A stretch of 64,000 bases of DNA from Octopus vulgaris (GCA_951406725.2 OX597830.1:2170001-2234000); one strand, 5' to 3'. Numbered from the stretch's first letter, positions 38,337 through 51,944 are shown. Notes: generated from the sequence alone by a model not told the origin. Numbers and translations are program-made.

Positions 38337-41300
38337 CCCGCCACATAAACATGAAACAGGCCGGAAACCACCTGCCAAAAGGAAAAAGAAAGGACTACGC
38401 ACCACCTGCCCCAAAACGGAGGTACGCAGATGTAGTGCCTGTTACAAAACATCAACGTGTTATTGGAAGGGCAGCTGCTGAACAAGAATCTTTTTTGTGC
38501 ATGGCACAAAAGATTGTACAACAGCTAACCTGGCTCCATCAAAATCAAACTCACAGATGGGACTATCCAAAATACACAAGACCACCACAGCAAATAGACC
38601 CAAGGTGGACACCACTGGCAATAACACACACATCACCTTGATGCTCCTACTGAACATCAGAGGACTGCTAACACTCAGTAACAGGACAAAAATCCCTTTC
38701 TTGAGAGACCTTGTTGCATGCAATCAAGCCTTATGCATAGCACTAACGGAAACGCACCTGAAACCAGATATAGCAGATGCAGAAATACACATACCATGTA
38801 TGTTGTATTACGGACTGACAGAAAAGAAAGGAGCCATGGTGGAGTTGCTATGTACATCCGCGAAGACCTCACACACCAAGTCCTTTTGTCATACTCAAAT
38901 TCGGTGTGTGACACACTAATTGTACATATAAGGCAACTCGGTGTAGTTATATGTGCTACATATCGCCCTCCAGATGCTCCAAGACATGTAGGCAAGTTTG
39001 AAGATTGCCTTACAAAAATAGAAGTTCTAGTCACATTAGAACAACACGTAAGTGTACTTCTTATGGGAGACTTCAATCTTCCCAATGTCAGATGGCCCGA
39101 GGGCCTTTGTCTCCCAGGAATGACACGATGCGAACGAGGACAGGCGAGGTCCCTCCTGAACCTCATGAACAATCTGTACATGGAGCAAATAGTACTCCAA
39201 CCAACCAGGGCAGGTAACATATTGATCTCTGCTTCACAAATAATATGCATCTCATCCATAATGTGAAAGTGACACCGACACTACTCTCGGATCACAATAT
39301 GGTAGAGCTGACCATGTACGGGCCAAAGGAGAGCATGGACATGCAGTCTACAAGAAACTCTCAGAATCTTTCCAGCTTCAACTTCCATAAGGCAAACTGG
39401 AAACAAATTGAGAAAGAGATCCTCAAACAAAACTGCGTACAAAAGTTTCAAATCGCCTAAACAAACAAATTGAAAGCAGTGAAAAGTCCCACCTGAAAAT
39501 AAAACTGCTGGAAATTAAAAAATGTCTGCAACTCTCCCATGAAAAAGAAAGAGCAGACAAAGAACCCTGGGCTATAGACAATATAAAATCTAACCCCAGA
39601 GCTTACTACAAGTTTGCCAAAGAAACAGCTACGGTGCACAGCAGGATAGGGCCACTCCTTGAAAAAGATGGTACACTCACAGGAAATCCAAAGAGGATAA
39701 GTGAAATTCTAAATGAGAAATTCAAAAGGATTTTCCCTCCACCCCTTGGGCATTTCCAAATCACCAATACAACTGACCTCTTTAGCACTGCAGATTTAAA
39801 ATCAGAGGCAATGATTATTGATTACATCAATATAAAGGAAGGCGATGTAATAAGGGCTATAGATGAAATGAATCCAAACTCAGCTACTGGCCTCGATGGA
39901 TTCCCAGCAATCCTTCTAAAAGTATGTAAGCGAGTCCTAGCAAGACCACTGCTGTTCCTCTTTCAGAGCTTCCTTGCAACTGGCAAACGTCCAAGAAAAC
40001 TGAAGGAGGATAAAATATGCCCTATTCATAAAGGAAGTAGCAGAGCGGAGGCCAAGAACTACAGACCTATCTCTCTGACCTCACACATCAGCAAGGTCAT
40101 GGAACGAATAGTCAGAAGGGAACTAATCACCTTCCTTGAAGAACATGACTTGCTGCCTGACACCCAACATGGTTTCCGACCAGGAAGAAGCTGCTTAACT
40201 CAGCTCCTGCAGCACTATGACTGGGTGCTGAAACAACTGCTCAACCACTCAAATGTGGAAGTCATATATCTCGACTTTGCAAAGACCTTTGATGAAGTCG
40301 ATCATGGAATGATATGTCACAAACTGCGTGATCTCAACATAGTTGGAAAACTGGGAGAATGGCTTCACGACTTTCTGAAGGATAGAAGTCAGGTGGTAGT
40401 AGCCAATGGGGCCACCTCCATTAACACACAAATAGTGAGCGGTGTTCCGCAGGGCACTGTTCTGGGACCACTACTGTTCATAATGGCCCTCTCAGACATG
40501 CCCTCAGCCACTCAGAGAGCCACGATCACAGGTTATGCAGATGATACAAAGGTTTCATAGGTAAAAACAGAAGCCTGAAGACACTATGCACCTGCAATGT
40601 GAGCTGGACAAAATATACAAATGGGCTGAAAAGAAAAGTATGCAGTTCAATGCTGAAAAGTTTCAAGCTTTATGCTATGAGCATGCAAAACTCAATAAAT
40701 ACACTGGACCTGGAAGGATTGCAATCCCAGAGGCACAATCAGCGCGAGACCTGGGTATTTACATGAGTCATGATGCAACCTTTCATGTGCATGTTGCTAA
40801 ATTGGCAATGAAATGTAGGCGGCTGGCCGGATGGATTCTTAGAGCTTTTAGAACAAGAGACCAGGAAACCATGATGGTCCTCTGGAGGACACTTGTCCTA
40901 AGCCACTTTGACTATTGCTCTCGGCTATGGTCACCAACCAGTGTCAAATTAATCTCAAAACTTGAGGCAATCCAGCGAAGTTACACGAAGAAGATAGCCT
41001 TTATGCAGCATATAAGCTATTGGGAAAGACTCAAGAGATTAAGACTCTATTCCTTAGAGCGTAGGCGAGAAAGCTATGTCATAAAATACATCTGGAAGAT
41101 CCTGGAAGGACTTGTCCCAAACGTTGGCATCGAGAGTTACACAAATACTAGAACTGGGCGCCACTGCATAGTGACAAGGTCTCCAAATTTGCCATCAAGA
41201 TATAGGACAAGATGCTCCGATAGCCTGGGCTTCAGAGGTTCACAGCTCTTCAATATCCTCCCGAAGGACCTGAGAGACCTGCATGGGATGGATGCAGATA

Positions 41301-41525
41301 TCTTCAAAATGAAGTTGGACCTCTTCCTGTCAGGTATCCCAGATGAACCAACTTCACGGCAGGAGGTGCAAATGAGGGCAGCTGCATCAAACTCTCTCAT
41401 GCACCAAATGTCAATTGCCAAAAAGCATTCGTGAAGTAAAATCATGTCGCAACACCGAATGGCGGTGCCCCAGCATGGCTACAGCTCGTGAGCTGAAACT
41501 AGATAAAATGAAAATGAAATGAAAA
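38337..41525 (+). mobile_element. CR1/L2-group LINE (ORF1 end, APE and RT ORF2, 3' tail), frameshifted
   Basis: LNIRGL, IALTETHL, YRPP, MGDFNLP, SDHN, NYRPISLTS, QHGFRPGRSC, YLDFAKTFD, SGVPQGTVLGP, YADD, LYSLERRR, IPDEP; stop at 41434; (AAATG)n tail. Confidence 0.95.
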
Positions 41526-41556
41526 AAAATACATATATATATAACATATATATATA

Positions 41557-41627
<71 letters not shown>

Positions 41628-41636
<9 letters not shown>

Positions 41637-42130
41637 GTGATTGGAAGAAATGGAGTTGAACGAAGATTGCACAGAATTCCTTTTATTACATTCTACACAT
41701 GTTTCAAAGGCCACAATTTTCCAAATTCTGATTAAATAAGGATACCATATTGCAGCTTTCTCTTCAGGGCTCTTAACGAGCGTCCTCGTTCGAATTGCTT
41801 GCTGCGCCTTTGTTTTGTTTTGTTCTGACAACGTAATTCCTGGTTTTTCCTGAAGAGAACGCTGCAATATGGTATCCTTATTTAATCAGAATTTGGAAAA
41901 TTGTGGCCTTTGAAACATGTGTAGAATGTAATAAAAGGAATTCTGTGCAATCTTCGTTCAACTCCATTTCTTCCAATCACTAATTATATTAAACTTCAAT
42001 TATCCGCACCAACGCACGGTTGTCACACCATATGGTCTTATCTCCAACCGTGTTTTTTCTGCTGTGATTTTTGCTACCCAGGTATCGGTTAAACTTTTGA
42101 ATAATCCCTAACAAGATAATTCATCTTTCC
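41628..42130 (+). mobile_element. Penelope-type terminal-repeat fragment with inverted upstream copy
   Basis: 141-bp arms 41628-41768 / 41849-41989; homologous to the PLE 3' end at 51945-52210 (-), which follows a GIY-YIG ORF. Confidence 0.8.
41847..41926 (+). ncRNA. Minimal type-I hammerhead ribozyme-like motif
   Basis: UUC-CUGAAGA-long stem II (GCUGCAAU/AUUGUGGC)-GAAAC-AUGU-GUA-GAA; stem I only 3 bp. Confidence 0.6.
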
Positions 42131-42146
42131 ATTTCAACAAACACAC

Positions 42147-42269
<123 letters not shown>

Positions 42270-42336
42270 TATATGAACAGTGAAAAAAGTATATGTATTT
42301 GTAGAGAACCTCCTTCCTATCGACAACTGTGATTGT

Positions 42337-42381
42337 CACCCGCTGATGATAGGTCAATACCTTGAAACTCGGGTCCGTGTG
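42337..42381 (+). ncRNA. Minimal type-I hammerhead ribozyme-like motif
   Basis: CACCCG-CUGAUGA-U-AGGU(CAAU)ACCU-U-GAAAC-UCGG-GUC-CGUGUG; stem I 5 of 6 pairs. Confidence 0.65.
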
Positions 42382-42739
42382 TATCATAAGTTGAAGACGG
42401 GAAGGATGGCTTCCCTTTACAAATACTGATAGGACACAAAAAGGGTGTCTATAGCCAGCTGGAGGAGATGTCTTCCTGAGGCTACAAACTACAGTAGCAT
42501 CCAACCTTAGGGGCCAGCCATATTCAAATGGCATATTTACATCACGATGTGTTTCTGCTACTGTTGATAACTCACTCTGATATTTATCATTATATATATA
42601 ATATATGCTTGTGTGAATATATATGTATCTTTTCTTCTCTCTTTTACTTGTTACAAGGACTGTGTCCTTGCTGGGGCACCACCCTGAAGAATTTTAGTCT
42701 AATAAATCATCCCCATTTTGCTGTTTCTTACTAGCAAAT

Positions 42740-43160
42740 GTATCTGTATTTACCTATTTTTATTCCTCTATTTTGTGATCTATTTGAGTCATTAATTGCC
42801 TTAAGTATCAACCAGTTTCTCCTATGTAATGTTCTCCATATCCGTAGCATGATTAGAGATTTATATGCACAGTTGAGAGGTGACCTTATTTTAAAAATAG
42901 ATTGTCAATCTTTCTCTCCTATTTATCCATTGGGCCCTTCTAATTCTTGCATTGTTCGTTCTGTTGTTATTGTGGTCTGTTGTTTTGAGGTATGTTGTAA
43001 GCCTCATTATTGGAGTGTATTGGAGTGGAAGTGTATGTAACTTTCACCTATATTTCTTTAATTTGTCTTAGTTCCTTGATATGGAATTCCTTGGCTTGCT
43101 ATATTCCATTAGTGATTCTCTAGAATAAATTGAAGCCCTTCCATTATAAACTCTCTTTTT
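42740..43160 (-). pseudogene. Decayed PLE RT/GIY-YIG fragments
   Basis: Minus-strand FIMEGLQFILEN, FKIRSPLNC and CYGYGEHYIGETG. Confidence 0.6.
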
Positions 43161-43839
43161 GATGATATGAGGAAGTTCACTTGTATATACAAGTGAACTT
43201 CCTCATCAGAGCTTCATAAACGTACATACAGACGTGTTTGTATTTGTTCAAGTACAAAGCTCCTGTGAAGCTAACTTTGAAGATAACATTGTCATGTTAT
43301 ATATACGATTCCTTATATTTATGATCCTATTGAAATTCTCTGTAATTGTAGTCCTTGTTTTTTAATAATTTATGTTTTACAATGATTAATTTTAGAGAAA
43401 GATTTTCCTGAAAATGTTTTCTTACATATTCCGTTAATTAAATATTTAATTATATCTTTAAAAATTACATTTTTTGTTCTCGCTTCTCTTCCGCTTTTAT
43501 GTTGCGTGTTCCATCTTGTTTTTCTCTTCTGTAAATAAAATGGTTCATATTTAATAAGTAAAATATGGGTATGCATGACTCTCCTATTTCAAAAGGTAAA
43601 TATGTACAGGCACACATATCTAAATGAGTATTATATATAAGCAGTATTTACTCTTCTTGCACTTTTTCCACTTAACACGCACAACTTGCCAATGCTGACC
43701 ACCCCTCATCAATATGAATTGTCCTATAAAAATATAAGTGTACATGTGTGTCAGTATAATCTATATACATTCGCACATATATAGAGTAAATAAAAATTGG
43801 TGTATGTATATATATATATTTGTGTGTATATATATACAC

Positions 43840-43883
<44 letters not shown>

Positions 43884-43989
43884 GCATAAGATTTATGTAT
43901 ATATATATAAGTATATAGGCACATATATATAATATTTATATAAATATTAATTTATATATGAATATATATGCACATAAATTATATACATG

Positions 43990-44027
<38 letters not shown>

Positions 44028-44302
44028 CATATATACATACATATATACATGTACACACACACACATATGAACGTATATATCTATATATTTCATATTCAAT
44101 GGAGCGTGTGAATTTTTAAGTGAAATGCTTCAATAACATTTAATCTTGCTTTATATGTGAATTTTGGTTTCCTCTTCATTACATAATGTAATTTAGAAAT
44201 TACTACAAAATAATTATGATTAAATATATTCAAAATTATATTAAATATATATTATACATAAATATAAAATATATAAATACTTATATATATATATATATAT
44301 AT

Positions 44303-44304
<2 letters not shown>

Positions 44305-44377
<73 letters not shown>
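44305..44377. repeat. (AGAT)n microsatellite
   Basis: Direct reading. Confidence 0.95.
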
Positions 44378-44378
<1 letters not shown>

Positions 44379-44429
44379 AACTTACTGGGAAGAGAATGTG
44401 TGGCGTTCAATTATATATAAATAATATAT

Positions 44430-44617
44430 ACTCATTTACTTGTTTAAGTCATTTGACTGTGGCCATGATGGAGCACCGCCTTTAGTCGAGCAAGTCGACC
44501 CCAGGACTTATTCTTTGTAAGCCTAGTACTTATTCCAGCAGTCCCTTTTGCCGAACTGCTAAGTTACCGGGAGGTAAACACACCAGCATCTGTTGACAAG
44601 CGATGTTGAGAGTACAA

Positions 44618-44667
<50 letters not shown>

Positions 44668-44826
44668 GACAGCCTTCTTTCAGTTTCCGCCTACCAAATC
44701 CACTCACAAGGCTTTGGTCGGCCCGGGGCTATAGTAGAAGACACTTGCCTAAGGTATCATGCCGTGGAACTGAACCCGGAACCATGTGTTTGTAAGCAAG
44801 CTACTTATCACAGCCACTCCTGCGCC
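44430..44826 (-). mobile_element. SINE family C, full length (tRNA head, CORE-like segment, internal (TA)n/(TG)n, LINE-like tail)
   Basis: Head GGCGCAGGAGTGGCTGTG...GGGTTCAGTTCC; tail GGCGGTGCTCCA..ATGGCCACAGTCAAATGAC. Confidence 0.92.
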
Positions 44827-45589
44827 TATATATACGCATATACATACGTATGTGTGCATACTTACATCTATATGTATATATGCAAATGTGGGCACAGGAT
44901 GTCACGAAACGTGTACAACAAAAAATATGAAGTACGAGTACATGGAATATGAACTATTTTTTCGAACAACGAAAGACACAAATCGAAAACAAAACAAACA
45001 ACATAAAGAACGGCTCTTCATCTGTTGTTGGCTGTTTTTCTACTTTCGTATTTCGAGCATTTATCAATATATGCTTTCAATAAAGCAGTTGCTCCCACAA
45101 AGCAAATTAAATAAAATTTGGGATTTTGTGGAGGGTCAAAATTGGTAACACAAACAGGACAGTGAAAACAAACAGGGATGGCTGCTAAGCCTAAACGAGA
45201 TTGCGGTGGCGAACGCATAAATCAAGCGTGGACAGGAACAAGAACATGTCTTCCTTGTTCCAGCTACAAAGGAGATAAAGAAAGAAACACAAGTTAGAAG
45301 AAGCAAAGATGGCCGACAGTCACGTTGGAGCCATGTAAGCAAGGGAGGAGTGAGGGAGAAAGAGTGACTGAGTGATAGAATAGTGGGAGAAGAGGGGTAA
45401 AAGAATAAGAGAGAAAAACAACAGAGTAAAAAAATCCTATAGAGTGCGCATCAGAATTATTAAAATAAAACTTACTTGGAAGCGGATGCGTGGCTTTCAA
45501 TCCTCTTCCATAGCTCTATCTTTCTAATTAAAGATAGAATTATGGGTGTATCTGAACTGTTCTTCTCTTTTTATTATTCCTTAAAAACC

Positions 45590-45900
45590 TATATCTTTGG
45601 TGCATTGTATTCCATTCTGTATTAGACAAGTACTTTCAAGTAATGACTATCTTACTTGGACGTATGTGCAGAAAAACAAATCTCCAAAATTTCTTGTCTT
45701 TCCACTTCATCAATGTGCAAACAATGCTACTGACCAAATTCGAATGCATAAAGAAAATTCATTTATTAAAAAATACAAACCATGACTGAACAGGCTATAA
45801 AAATAAAAGTCGCATATGATTTTCCATTTGCTATGAATGCTATCCATGATAGCATAAAAATCCCAGCTGATGAAAGTGATTCATATCGCTCTTCTAAGTT
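45590..45900 (+). mobile_element. PLE GIY-YIG C-terminal fragment
   Basis: KFLVFPLHQC...R..KENSFIKKYKP*LN parallels FKIFPFYKC...EKYFIAKF.LKLN; followed by CTGATGA and a hairpin lacking GAAA. Confidence 0.6.
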
Positions 45901-46489
45901 CATTAATTACAGTTTAACTTTTGGACAGAACAAGTTTTAGCTTTATATCATTTTCACTAAGTTCGTTTTATCTTTAATTATGTGTTGGGGAGCATGTATA
46001 TATGTATAGGAAAAATAGAATAAACACAACATACAGTTTATATTATTTGTTCTTCATGCACTTTTGTTTGGCCTTTCTGTCTATTTTCATCTTCTACCAA
46101 TGGTGTTCATAATGCATTTTGATGCAGATCCTAAAAGGTTACTTGGCTGAACACACACGCACATGCACACACACACACACACACACACACACTAATGAAT
46201 GTGTGTGCATGTGTGTGTGTATGTGTGTGTGCAGCAGGCTGAGATAAATACAGGACTCAACATCACTGACTGAACACATTGAATGAGGTTCAGCAACATG
46301 GCTTCAGCCCAACGAGCAGGACCGGAACAAGAATAATAGAATGTAGGCTAGAATTAAGTCCACGAGTTAAATGTAATATTCCTGAAAAATAAGAAAATTC
46401 CACTTCATAACAAAAGGGTTGTTTATATTTTTGTTAAGCTGTCTTTTTTTATATATTTGACATTGTTATTGATTTTTACCAATTTGACA

Positions 46490-46900
46490 TAAATTCGTTG
46501 ATTCAATGCCTTAGTATTGGATCTGTTCTGTGTATAAGTTGTGTTTCCAATATCAAGCAGTGCAAGATGGTATCAAAGGCTTTTCTGGAATCAATCTCTG
46601 CCACGCTAACTTTTTCTTAATCATTTTTGCTGTATTCTTTTACTTTACCATTTATTGTTGTTTACACCAATTCACACACCCCACCCTTCACTACTCATCT
46701 TTTTCTTTCTATTTTCCTCCTAAGATATTATTATCTCCCAGACAAACAGCCAGCATGTTGAAGAATATATACATGTCAGAGTTTCATTTATTCTTTATAA
46801 ACAGATTATTGTTTTGGTAGATCTGGCACTTCCTGGCAATTTTGCTTTCTGTGAATTAATAATATTTTCCTGTCTGGTACTTGGATGTTGATTCTGGGAA
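46490..46900 (-). pseudogene. Very decayed RLE-type LINE RT fragment
   Basis: Minus-strand CKQQ...LSVAEIDSRKAFDTI parallels GCKDQ...[14 protein letters not shown] of the element at 5796. Confidence 0.5.
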
Positions 46901-47212
46901 CATTATCAATAATGGAAGCTTTCCCGTTGTTAGAGGCTTTAATTTTACTCATGCTGTTTCACGCATAATTTTCTGTGTATTACTTACCTTTTGTCCATAT
47001 TTATCCATCTTTACCATTATCATCATTCCATACAATATGGTTAGTTATGATTCCATGTGTTCTCTTAATACAATTCGATTACTGCTAGCATTTCTTTGAT
47101 AATATTCTGGTAAACATTTTAAAAATACGTTTGTTAAAGGCACTAAAAGAGAATGACTCTCCCCAGACACAATAATATATATACATGTATATGTGTTTAT
47201 ATATATGTATAT

Positions 47213-47307
<95 letters not shown>

Positions 47308-47342
47308 AGAGAGAGAGAGAGAGAGAGACATGTATATGTATA

Positions 47343-47554
47343 TCGGATGGTTTATATTTACAGATATTTATTTGTATATTACATTTTTTATACATCATAT
47401 AACTTAGATCATGTATTAGCACTTTCTCCCATTCTAGTGGGGTTTTCAAATCAAACTAGGTTCCTGTGTGAAAAGTTTTGACCATTTGACAGAATATTCT
47501 TTGTTCAATGTTCTTTTTTTCAAAAAATCAAAACATATGTGTTGAACTCTGTGT

Positions 47555-47616
<62 letters not shown>

Positions 47617-49064
47617 AATACAGTCCATACTTGAAAAAGAGACTTTCTTGTGTTGAAGTTACAAATGATAGAATACAAATTGACAACTACTGAGTCTGTT
47701 GTCTGATCTTCAATTGATTTAGTCTATCTCACTGATTGACAGTTAAATAAATGTTAAGTTTTATCATACAGGAGCAACTGGTTCCACAAGTTAAAGTGAA
47801 ATGGTTTCATTCAAATATTAGGATAGCCTTTGTTCAATGCTGTATTTTCAAAAACCAAAACATATGTGTAGAACTGTGTGTGTGTGTGTATTTGTGTGTG
47901 TGTTTAATACACTTTACTTAGCAATTTTGTTCCTTCATCTGGTACAGCTTATTATAGAGATATTTTCAGCCATTCAATTTGGGGGAGAACTTAGCCATGA
48001 AATATTTTTCCATATTCCTCCTGAAGGAGGTGTCGTTCTTCGGACATTTGTAGAAGGGAAAGATCTTAAATTTTCCTTCTCCACATGTAGCTAGGTGTGT
48101 ACTCAGTGGTATCTTGCGCAGTTCTTCCTACCGAACATGTTGTCGGTGAATCCTGTCTCGCTGGCACAAAAAATTTCCAGTTTCAACTATGTAATCCTCC
48201 TTGCACGTGGGGCAGGTTATGCAGTATATTATGTTCTGTGTCTTGCAGTTCATATCTGCATTTACTTTCAATAGGTGGCCACTTTTAAATTGCATTTCTT
48301 TGTCTCCCTCTATGTATTTGTAGGTGGGGTTGCTGTTCTTTTGGAACAGATCAAAAGAAGACTTACGAACATTCCACAACATGCTCAACACGCTGCACCC
48401 ATCCATCAACTTCACAATAGATACCAGCCACAACGAACTTTCCTTCCTAGACATCAACATCAAAATACACAACTCAATCATCACAGCAGACATCAACTAC
48501 AAAAAAACTGACACACACCAATATTTAAATTTCCACTCCTGCCATCCACCCCACACAAAAAGAAACATCCCATATAGTATGGAAAGACGAATATGTAGTA
48601 TAGTAACTGACTCACAAACACGACTAATAAGACTAGATGAACTTAAAAACTTCCTACTAGAGCAAAATACCCCCTTAAACTAATAGAAAATGGAATCTCA
48701 AGAGCAATGAAACTAGACATCGCACAACTCAGGACACCCAAAACAAAAAACAAAGAAAACATTATCCCTTTCATAAACACGTACAACCCTGGAGTTACCA
48801 ACATCTTCCAAATCATACATTCAAACCTGCCAATAGCCTTACAAAGCCCCAAAATGGAAAACATATTAAACAAATATAGCATAAAAAATAGTAGACGACA
48901 AGACAAAAACCTAAAGAAACACCTAACAAGAGCGAAATTCTCTTAAGAAACTAAAACTGAAGTCTTTGCAAAAGAACAAATTCTCCCCCAAATTGAATGT
49001 CTGAAAATATCTCTATAATAAGCTGTACCAGATGAAGGACAAAATTTGCTAAGTAAACTGTATT

Positions 49065-49109
<45 letters not shown>

Positions 49110-50073
49110 CCTACACATATGTTTTGGTTTTTGAAAACATTGAACAAAGGCTATCCTAATATTTGAATGAAACCATTTCACTTCAACTTGTGGAACCAGT
49201 TGCTCCTGTATGATAAAACTTAACATTTATTTAACTGTCAATCAGTGAGATATTAGACTAAATCAATTGAAGATCAGACAACAGACTCAGTAGTTCTCAG
49301 TTTCTATTCTGTCATTTGTAACTTCAACACAGGAGAGTCTCTTTTTCAAGTATGGACTTTATGAAATTTTACTCATCATACATTGAAGGACAAATCTTTC
49401 AATTTACAACTTAATATAGTGGAGCATTTAGTATATGTGTATATATATATATATATATAGAAGAAGAAGAAGAAGAAGATATATATATATATATATGTAT
49501 TACCTATTATATAAATTATATTATTTTTGTAATTTACTTAATCTTTACTTTTTAATTGTCATTTTAATTTCAACTTTTCTGGTGCAATTTAATTATTCAT
49601 TTTGAATTGATGAAAGGTGGGTTTTTTCTGATGTTTTAAATATGTGTATACTCTTTTACTCTTTTACTCTTTTAATTGTTTCAGTCATAATATCTAATTT
49701 GTTTCAGTCATTTGCCTCTAGTCGAGCAAATCGACCCCGGGACTTATTCTTTGTAAGCCCAGTACTTATTCTATCGGTCTCTTTTGCCGAACCGCTAAGT
49801 AACGGGGACGTAAACACACCAGCATCGGTTGTCAAGCAATGCTATGGGGACAAACACAGACACAAAAACACACACACACACATATATATATATACATATA
49901 TACGACAGGCTTCTTTCAGTTTCCGTCTAACAAATCCACTCACAAGGCATTGGTCAGCCCGGGGCTATAGCAGAAGACACTTGCCCAAGACGCCACGCAG
50001 TGGGACTGAACCCGGAACCATGTAGTTGATTAGCAAGCTACTTACCACACAGCCACTCCTGCGCCTCTATGTG

Positions 50074-50172
<99 letters not shown>

Positions 50173-50920
50173 GAATACATATCAACACAATTATTTCTCC
50201 TTGCTCCCTTTTTTACCTCTTCTCCTTTCTTCCCTTCTCCAAACTCACAGACACCCACACACAAACACGCACATACACGCACACACACACATACACACAC
50301 ACACACGCACGCACACACACAGACCTCCACAAAACAATCATAAAAGGAATTCTTCCTCTGTAAACCCAAAAAACCATTTGACCATCCCTCATTAAACACA
50401 TTCTCTTACAATGATAAAAAGAAATATAATTTATGGTCTACCTCTCCGCCACCACACACTCAATAACACTATGAAATGGTCAAAACTGAAATTCTTTTCC
50501 CCCAAGGTTTCGACCCCGCTTGGAGTAAGCATGCTGTCCAGCAGAGCAAAAAAAATTCTTTTCTTCTTCTTCCCTCTTCCTTCCCCTCGTGTTATTTAAC
50601 ACCCATTCCAAATACAGACACACACACACACACACACACACGCACGCGCACACACACATACACACATGCTCTCTCTCTCACTTTCTCCTCATCCATCACC
50701 CTCTTGTACTGTCTTATATTCCTCCCACCACTACAAACTCAGTACCACTATAAAATGGTCAAAACTTTTCACACAGGAACTTAGTTTGATTTGAAAACCC
50801 CACTAGAATCGGAGATAGCGATAATACATGATCTAAGTTATATGATGTATAAAAAATGTAATATACAAATAAATATCTGTAAATATAAACCATCCGAATT
50901 TCTGAGTACCTCATTTCTTC
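47343..50920 (+). mobile_element. Penelope-like element with inverted upstream arm (47343-48335) and forward body (48336-50920), interrupted by a SINE
   Basis: LNTLHPSINFT..LSFLDI..YKKTDTHQYLNFHSCHP on +; NIIYCITCPTCKEDYIVETG on -; same family as 17708-19727. Confidence 0.9.
49650..50065 (-). mobile_element. SINE family C, near full length, nested in the PLE tail
   Basis: Colinear with 44430-44826; absent from the sister PLE copy near 18360-18390. Confidence 0.9.
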
Positions 50921-51348
50921 TAATATAAAAAAACCTGTACATCATCTCCAAACCTTCCAATATATATATATACATATACATATATAATAATATACATATA
51001 TGCATATATACATATATCTACATACATATATATGTGTATATATACATGCATATATGGGTACAGGATGTCAAAAATATGTGAACAAAGTGAGAAATAAGAA
51101 CAAAAAACAAAGACATGGAAAACGAAATATTTTTCAAAAAATGAAAGAAACAAATAGAGAAGAGAGAAGGCAACATAAAGAACATACCCATCATAAGTGG
51201 TCCCCTGTTTTATCTACTCCACATTTCGAATTTAGGGAGAAGACGCGACTTCCTTAAAACGGTCATTCCTGCAGAGGCAAATTTTTAAAAATTTAGGATC
51301 TGCGTGGGGGTGGTAGTGGTGAGAAAAAGAGGACACTGTGTAGAAAAG

Positions 51349-51389
<41 letters not shown>

Positions 51390-51397
51390 GTATATAT

Positions 51398-51516
51398 GGC
51401 CTGCTCGCTTAGCCTGCGGGGTGGCGTCATTCGAAGGCTAAAAAACAATGCGAACGCATTGTGACCAGCGATGTGTAACAACATCTGATGGCCTTATCGG
51501 TCACGTGATCACGTGA
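51398..51516 (+). mobile_element. SINE family A, 3' fragment
   Basis: Reverse complement of 4750-4866. Confidence 0.85.
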
Positions 51517-51608
51517 TATCGATATATATATATATATGTATAAGTATATATATGTATATGTATATATAAGTATATGTATATATGTATATATATATGTATA
51601 TATATGCA

Positions 51609-51643
<35 letters not shown>

Positions 51644-51838
51644 GTATATGTATATATGTATGTATATATGTATATGTATGTATATATGTATATATATATG
51701 TATATGTTTATATATGCATGTATATATATGTATATATATGTATATGTATATATATATGTATATGAATATATATATGTATATATATATATATATGTATATA
51801 TATATGAATATATGTATATATATGCATATACGTATATA

Positions 51839-51900
<62 letters not shown>

Positions 51901-51930
51901 TATACATATAAATATATATATATAACTATA
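51515..51930. repeat. Compound (TA)n/(TATG)n microsatellite; similar tracts at 53260-53760, 54345-54535, 54974-55445 and 57453-57658
   Basis: Direct reading. Confidence 0.95.
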
Positions 51931-51944
51931 TATAAATTTGAGTA

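Noticed and set aside
44888-45250. Repeat shared with 51055-51345, possibly another PLE terminus
   Set aside because: Similarity is patchy and no diagnostic motif or ORF allows classification.
45866-45895. Hammerhead after the PLE endonuclease fragment
   Set aside because: CTGATGA and a stem II hairpin are present but the GAAA, stem III and stem I half is missing.
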